Positions 59,307 to 64,000 of a DNA stretch of 64,000 nucleotides are shown one piece after another. The DNA lies in assembly GCA_963828465.1 (NCBI GenBank), contig CAWHEU010000025.1, forward strand, positions 1 to 64,000, in the 5' to 3' direction. The notes beneath the pieces were generated by a model. The model worked only from the letters and a program-made list of their open reading frames with translations, ran no database searches and had not been told where the DNA came from. The position numbers and the translations under genes were made by a program. Numbering within the stretch: position 1 is the first letter of the stretch; every line of letters starts with the position of its first letter. The DNA comes from an uncultured Acidobacteriota bacterium (lineage in GTDB: Bacteria > Actinomycetota > Acidimicrobiia > Spongiisociales > ZC4RG35).

Positions 59307-60329
59307 ATGAACCCGATGCAACTGCCGTCAGAGCCTGAGATTCTCACGACAACAGTGGGCTCGTACCCACCCATCAGTTGGCTACTCGCCTCACCGTCTG
59401 AGCAAGCACTGATAGATGCCACTTCCGCCGTGATCCACACACAGAAGCGCGCCGGAATCGACCTGCCGACAGATGGGGAGCTGTACCGGTTCGACCCCAA
59501 TCACGCCGAGACGAACGGCATGATCGACTACTTCGTTTCCCGGATGGGAGGCGTTCGAACCGAGATCGGGAGAAGTGACAGCGCAGCCTTTCAGGCGAAG
59601 TCGGAGACAGGCTTCAGACGCAAGCCCGCCGGCGTGGTCGAGGATGAGATCTCCGAAGGCACTCTCGACCTGCCAAATGCCTGCCTGAGGTCGGCGTCGG
59701 TTGCGGATGGGCCACTCAAGTTCACCCTCACCAGCCCGTTCATGCTGGCGCGCATGCTCCTCGACAATCACTACAACGACGTCGAGGCGCTGACCATGGC
59801 GATTGCAGATTGCCTGGCACGTCAGGTCACTGACCTCCCTTCTGTCTGCGTGCAGGTGGATGAGGCGAACGTGCCTGGAAGTCCGGAGTACGCGCCCATT
59901 GCCCAGGCCGGCATCAACCGGATCCTCGACGCGATCGAGGTCGAAAGTGCCGTGCACCTCTGCTTCGGCAATTACGGCGGTCAGACGGTCCAGTCAGGTG
60001 AATGGAAGTCTCTCATCGAATTCCTCAACGGGCTCCGCGCCGATCACCTGGTTCTCGAGCTCGCCCACCGCCCGGACTCGGACCTCGACGCTCTCCAGGA
60101 CGTCGGCGACCACGTCGCCATCGGCGTAGGTGTGATCGACATCAAGGTGAACCACGTCGAGACGGTCGACGAGGTTGCCGCCCGAATCGAGAAGGCCGTC
60201 AAGGCGTTCGGGCCAGACCGCGTCCGGTGGGTGCACCCCGACTGTGGGTTCTGGATGCTCCATCGCTCGGTGGCCGATCGGAAGATCAGCGCCCTCGTGG
60301 CCGGACGGGACCGATTCCTGGGGGGTTGA
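59307..60329 (+). CDS. Cobalamin-independent methionine synthase II family protein (single MetE C-terminal domain)
   Basis: TTTVGSYP, PTDGE, QVDE, Zn ligands HLC...E...HPDCG. Confidence 0.85.
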   Translation: MNPMQLPSEPEILTTTVGSYPPISWLLASPSEQALIDATSAVIHTQKRAGIDLPTDGELYRFDPNHAETNGMIDYFVSRMGGVRTEIGRSDSAAFQAKSETGFRRKPAGVVEDEISEGTLDLPNACLRSASVADGPLKFTLTSPFMLARMLLDNHYNDVEALTMAIADCLARQVTDLPSVCVQVDEANVPGSPEYAPIAQAGINRILDAIEVESAVHLCFGNYGGQTVQSGEWKSLIEFLNGLRADHLVLELAHRPDSDLDALQDVGDHVAIGVGVIDIKVNHVETVDEVAARIEKAVKAFGPDRVRWVHPDCGFWMLHRSVADRKISALVAGRDRFLGG

Positions 60330-60374
60330 CCGCCATAATCGCAGCGCAAGACGTCCGGAGAGGAGAGCGGAGCA

Positions 60375-61871
60375 TTGGCGAACGGCAAAGGGTTTGACGT
60401 TGCGATCGTTGGCGGCGGGCCCGCGGGGTCCGTCCTGGCAAATCGGCTGACCGACGACGCCGACCGAACAGTGCTCCTGGTCGAGGCCGGGCCCGACTAT
60501 GGCCCAGATGTCGCGGACTGGCCGGCGGATCTCCTCTTCCCTCAGCAGCAGCCACTGACATCGCACTCATGGGGACTCCACGATGCTGAAAATGGGAACT
60601 TCCTTCCCCGAGCTCGCGTGCTTGGCGGCTCGTCGGCGGTCAACGCCTGCTATTGGATTCGCGCCTCAGCGGCTGACTACGACGAATGGGAGGCCCTCGG
60701 CAATCCTGGGTGGGGGTTCGACGATCTGTTGCCGTACTTCCGGCAAGCCGAGTCCGACCCACTCGGGGGCCCACTCCATGGAACCGAGGGCCCGGTTCGG
60801 GTATGGCGGGCTACCGACTGGTCGCAAGGGGACCTCGCCTTCACCGAAGCCGCCGACTCCCTGGGATTGAGCAAGGTCGTGGACATCAACGGCGACCGGG
60901 ACCAATTTCCTTCTGTCGGTCCGGTACCCAAGAACATCGTCACCGACAATCGGTTCAACGCCGCCCTGAGCTATCTGGCATCGGTCCGCCACCGGCCGAA
61001 TCTGACGATCCAGACGGACACTCTGGTCGACCGGGTGCGTTTCGCCGATGAGCGCGCAATCGGGATCGTCACGAGCACCGGGGACGAGATCGACGCCGAT
61101 TTGGTGGTTCTGGCGGCGGGCGCCTACTTCACGCCCGGAATCTTGAACCGCTCGGGGTACGGGAACGAAGAACACCTCCACTCCCTCGACATCCCGGTCC
61201 GTCAGCATCTTCCCGGGATCGGCCAAAACCTGCTCGATCATCCGTTCGCGATCGACGTCGCGGAGGCAGTGATTGTCCCGGAGGCTGAGTTCGGCGAGAA
61301 GATCCAGGGACAGGCAATGGCACGGAGTCGATCCCCCAGGTCACCGGGAGAGATCGACTGTCACATTTACAACGGTCAGAGCTTCGACGACGACCTGGGG
61401 CGTTGGGTCATCGGCCTTGCTGTTTCGATGGTGAACGCTCGCTCAGTAGGCGTCGTCTCGCTCACATCCGCAGATCCGACTGCCCTTCCCCATGTCGAAC
61501 ATCGGCACTATTCGGAACCAGAAGATCTCGAGCGGATGTGCGACGGCATCGAGATGACCATGGAGATCTACTCGTCCTCGCAGTTAGCTGCCGTCATCGA
61601 ACCAGCCGGGAAACGGCGTTGGGAGTGGAGCGATCGGAAGTCCTTGGAAGAGCTGGTCCGGCAGCGGTCGCAGACGACCAACCACTGCTCGGGCACGGCC
61701 AAGATCGGCCCCGCCAGCGACTCGCTCGCCGTCACCGACTCGTCCGGCCACGTCTATGGGGCGGAGAACCTCGTCGTAGCCGACAGCTCGCTGTTCCCGA
61801 CCTGCCCGCGTGGGAACATCCACTTCCCCGTAGTTGCAGTTGCGGAGAAGATCGCCGCCGGGCTCACGTGA
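60375..61871 (+). CDS. GMC family oxidoreductase (choline dehydrogenase-like)
   Basis: VGGGPAG, LGGSSAVN, GQNLLDHP, HCSGT, VADSS, GNIH. Confidence 0.9.
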   Translation: MANGKGFDVAIVGGGPAGSVLANRLTDDADRTVLLVEAGPDYGPDVADWPADLLFPQQQPLTSHSWGLHDAENGNFLPRARVLGGSSAVNACYWIRASAADYDEWEALGNPGWGFDDLLPYFRQAESDPLGGPLHGTEGPVRVWRATDWSQGDLAFTEAADSLGLSKVVDINGDRDQFPSVGPVPKNIVTDNRFNAALSYLASVRHRPNLTIQTDTLVDRVRFADERAIGIVTSTGDEIDADLVVLAAGAYFTPGILNRSGYGNEEHLHSLDIPVRQHLPGIGQNLLDHPFAIDVAEAVIVPEAEFGEKIQGQAMARSRSPRSPGEIDCHIYNGQSFDDDLGRWVIGLAVSMVNARSVGVVSLTSADPTALPHVEHRHYSEPEDLERMCDGIEMTMEIYSSSQLAAVIEPAGKRRWEWSDRKSLEELVRQRSQTTNHCSGTAKIGPASDSLAVTDSSGHVYGAENLVVADSSLFPTCPRGNIHFPVVAVAEKIAAGLT

Positions 61872-61890
61872 GCGGCATCCGGCCCGCGGT

Positions 61891-62358
61891 TCAGTCGATC
61901 GTCCACCTTCGGGTCGAGGGCAGGGGCACATCGCCGTACCCGTGGCAGCGGGCTTCGCTCAGTCGGAACTCGAACAGGACGTAGCGGTCGGGCGGGTCGT
62001 ACCCGGCGGCGTCGGCCACAAGGGCCCACAATTCTGGATCGTCCTCGGCGAGCCCGATGCCACTGGCCGAGAACTCGCCACCTGTGCCCGCATTGTCCGG
62101 GACGCCGCTGTGCAAGGCGAAGAATCCCCGCTCGAGGAGGTCTCGCCGTTTGGGTGAAGTCGGCTCCATGAAGAGGAACAGGCCGTCGCCGGCGAAGATC
62201 GGCGTCACCGGGTGGACTCGAGGGGCCCCCGACTTGCGAACAGTCGCCAGGTATGCCGGCGCTGCCGTCAGTCTGCCTGCTCCGAACCGCGCAAGGTCCG
62301 GCTCAAGTTTGGAGAACTCACCCCAGGTGATCCCCCGAGACGACTCTGGGTCCGACAT
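61891..62358 (-). CDS. Pyridoxamine 5'-phosphate oxidase-like split-barrel protein
   Basis: YLATVRKSGAPRVHPV, SPKRRDL. Confidence 0.8.
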   Translation of the reverse strand: MSDPESSRGITWGEFSKLEPDLARFGAGRLTAAPAYLATVRKSGAPRVHPVTPIFAGDGLFLFMEPTSPKRRDLLERGFFALHSGVPDNAGTGGEFSASGIGLAEDDPELWALVADAAGYDPPDRYVLFEFRLSEARCHGYGDVPLPSTRRWTID

Positions 62359-62383
62359 GCCCGATATCTGGCTCGCTCGGCCT

Positions 62384-62788
62384 CTAGCCCTGTTCGATGC
62401 GGATCATGTTGCCCGCCGGGTCCCGCAAGGCGGCGTCGCGGACACCCCAGAACTGGTCGGCCGGCTCTGACAGGACCTCGACGCCTGGCGCGGCGGCCGT
62501 CTTGTCAAAGGTGGTATCGAGATCATCGGTCCGGAAGAACGGACCCGGCAGCTCACCCTTGGCGAGCAGGGCGGCGAGGGTGTCTCCGTCCTCCTGAGAC
62601 CGGCCGGCATGTGGCTGCGACAACACGATCTTGATCTCGGGCTGACTCTCGGTGGCAAGCGTGATCCAGCGGAAGCCCTCGTTCTCGACCTCGTCCTGCA
62701 CCGTGAGTCCCAGGGTGTCTCGGTAGAAGCCGAGGGCGGCGTCAGGGTCGTCGACGTAGATGTGCACTGTGCTCAGTGAAACGCTCAT
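62384..62788 (-). CDS. VOC/glyoxalase family protein
   Basis: VDDPDAALGFYRDTLG, DQFWGVRDAALRDPAGN. Confidence 0.9.
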   Translation of the reverse strand: MSVSLSTVHIYVDDPDAALGFYRDTLGLTVQDEVENEGFRWITLATESQPEIKIVLSQPHAGRSQEDGDTLAALLAKGELPGPFFRTDDLDTTFDKTAAAPGVEVLSEPADQFWGVRDAALRDPAGNMIRIEQG

Positions 62789-62798
62789 GGCAGGAACC

Positions 62799-63254
62799 CT
62801 ACGAGGGCGTGGCGACGGTTGCTTCTCCAAAACTGCTCGCTTCCGACCCGGTGCGCCGGTCCTTCCGTGGCCGGGTGGCAACCATCGTCTGGCAGGAAGG
62901 AACGCCCACCATCTCGCCATGATCGCGGGCGCGGTACGCACTCGGCGCCTCGCCGACTAGCTCGGTGAACTTGGAAGAGAAAGAGCCGAGGCTCGTACAG
63001 CCGACCGCCATGCAGACCTCGGTGACCGATAGGTCACCGATACGAAGCAGCCACTTCGCCCGTTCGATCCGTCGGGTCATCAGGTATGAGTACGGCGTCT
63101 CCGAGTAAGCCTCGCGGAAACGCCGGCTGAAATGCGCCGGCGACATCGCTGCCGTGCGGGCGAGCGCCGGGACGTCGAGCGGCTCCGCGTACTCGCGGTC
63201 CATCTGGTCTCGGGCCTGACGCAAGAGACGAAGCTCGTTCAGGTCGAGGCTCAC
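62799..63254 (-). CDS. Short AraC family regulator (HTH domain only)
   Basis: MSPAHFSRRF, RRIERAKWLL, VGCTSLGSFS. Confidence 0.9.
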   Translation of the reverse strand: MSLDLNELRLLRQARDQMDREYAEPLDVPALARTAAMSPAHFSRRFREAYSETPYSYLMTRRIERAKWLLRIGDLSVTEVCMAVGCTSLGSFSSKFTELVGEAPSAYRARDHGEMVGVPSCQTMVATRPRKDRRTGSEASSFGEATVATPS

Positions 63255-63306
63255 ACGCCCAGCCTAGATCTCACATTGGCATGTCGGCCGAGTCCGGCGA
63301 CTGGCT

Positions 63307-64000
63307 CTATGCCGATCCCACATACTCGGCGAGATGCTGACCGGTGAGGGTTGACCTGTCTGCGACGAGATCTGCCGGTGTGCCCTCGAACACGATCCGC
63401 CCACCATCGTGCCCGGCTCCGGGGCCGAGGTCGATAATCCAGTCGGCGTGGGCCATCACCGCCTGGTTGTGCTCGATCACGATTACGGACTTGCCCGAAT
63501 CGACGAGCTGGTCGAGAAGACCGAGCAGATGCTCGACATCGGCGAGATGCAGCCCACTGGTTGGCTCATCGAGGACGTAGATCCCGCCCTTCTCCGCCAT
63601 GTGGATGGCCAGCTTCAACCGCTGGCGCTCGCCACCCGAGAGCGTCGTCAGCGGTTGACCGATGCTCAGGTAACCAAGCCCGACTGCGGACATCCGTTCC
63701 AGGATGGCGTGAGCGGCCGGCACCCTGGCCTCGCCCTCGGCGAAGAAGAGCTCGGCGTTCGCGACCGACATCTCGAAGACCTCACTGATGTTCTTGTCAC
63801 CGAGCTCGTACTCGAGCACTGCAGCTTCGAACCGCTTGCCCTCGCACACCTCGCAGGTGGTGGCGACGGTGTCCATAAAACCCAACTCGGTGTAGATCAC
63901 ACCGGCGCCGTTGCAGTTGGGACAGGCACCGTCCGAGTTGGGGCTGAACAGCCCCGGCTTCACATCGTTGGCCTTGGCGAACGCCTTCCGGATCGAGTCG
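63307..64000 (-). CDS. UvrA-like ABC ATPase (class II/DrrC-like), C-terminal part; start outside the window
   Basis: CPNC...CEVC zinc finger, LSGGERQRLKLA, LDEPTSGLH, IEHN, IIDLGPGAGHDGG. Confidence 0.88.
   Translation of the reverse strand, partial: DSIRKAFAKANDVKPGLFSPNSDGACPNCNGAGVIYTELGFMDTVATTCEVCEGKRFEAAVLEYELGDKNISEVFEMSVANAELFFAEGEARVPAAHAILERMSAVGLGYLSIGQPLTTLSGGERQRLKLAIHMAEKGGIYVLDEPTSGLHLADVEHLLGLLDQLVDSGKSVIVIEHNQAVMAHADWIIDLGPGAGHDGGRIVFEGTPADLVADRSTLTGQHLAEYVGSA

Noticed and set aside
60375-61871. Mycofactocin system (MftG-like GMC plus MftE-like creatininases)
   Set aside because: No mftA precursor, mftB or radical SAM mftC in the window, and the genes are not clustered.
1-64000. 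Mobile elements, prophage, defence systems, tRNA/rRNA, riboswitches
   Set aside because: No integrase, transposase, nuclease-type defence gene or structured RNA was recognised and intergenic gaps are short; an Rfam/tRNAscan search was not possible.

Overview
High-GC bacterial DNA, most likely an actinobacterium. Acidimicrobiia-like affinity is an inference from Thr/Ala-rich lipoprotein linkers, many apparently leaderless genes and typical actinobacterial small modules. The window is almost fully coding (about 60 genes). I saw no rRNA, tRNA, CRISPR array or mobile element. It contains two large accessory catabolic regions, each with its own LacI-family repressor and its own recurring operator-like palindrome. 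Regulon A (about 3.4-22.4 kb; half-site TGGCAAAC) has a Gfo/Idh/MocA oxidoreductase, a TIM-barrel sugar isomerase/eliminase, a CUT2 sugar ABC transporter, amidase, SDR, CoA-transferase, enoyl-CoA hydratase, LLM, an AroE paralogue, an alanine-racemase paralogue, DUF993 and an ALDH. Regulon B (about 26.6-56.3 kb, plus a site at 2.1 kb; palindrome RCAAWCGWTTGY at nearly every promoter) has a split family-5 ABC importer, pairs of atypical M24, DapA-like and creatininase proteins, a C-C hydrolase-like alpha/beta hydrolase, an LVIVD protein, a decarboxylase-type amidohydrolase, a ThrC-like PLP enzyme, a cyclodeaminase, an orphan molybdenum hydroxylase large subunit and several dehydrogenases. A two-subunit PEP-synthase-like (phenylphosphate-synthase-type) phosphotransferase may belong to regulon B. 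Regulon B is the best candidate for an undescribed pathway; its substrate cannot be read from sequence. About ten small frameshifts, several in G/C runs, look like long-read consensus errors rather than true pseudogenes.
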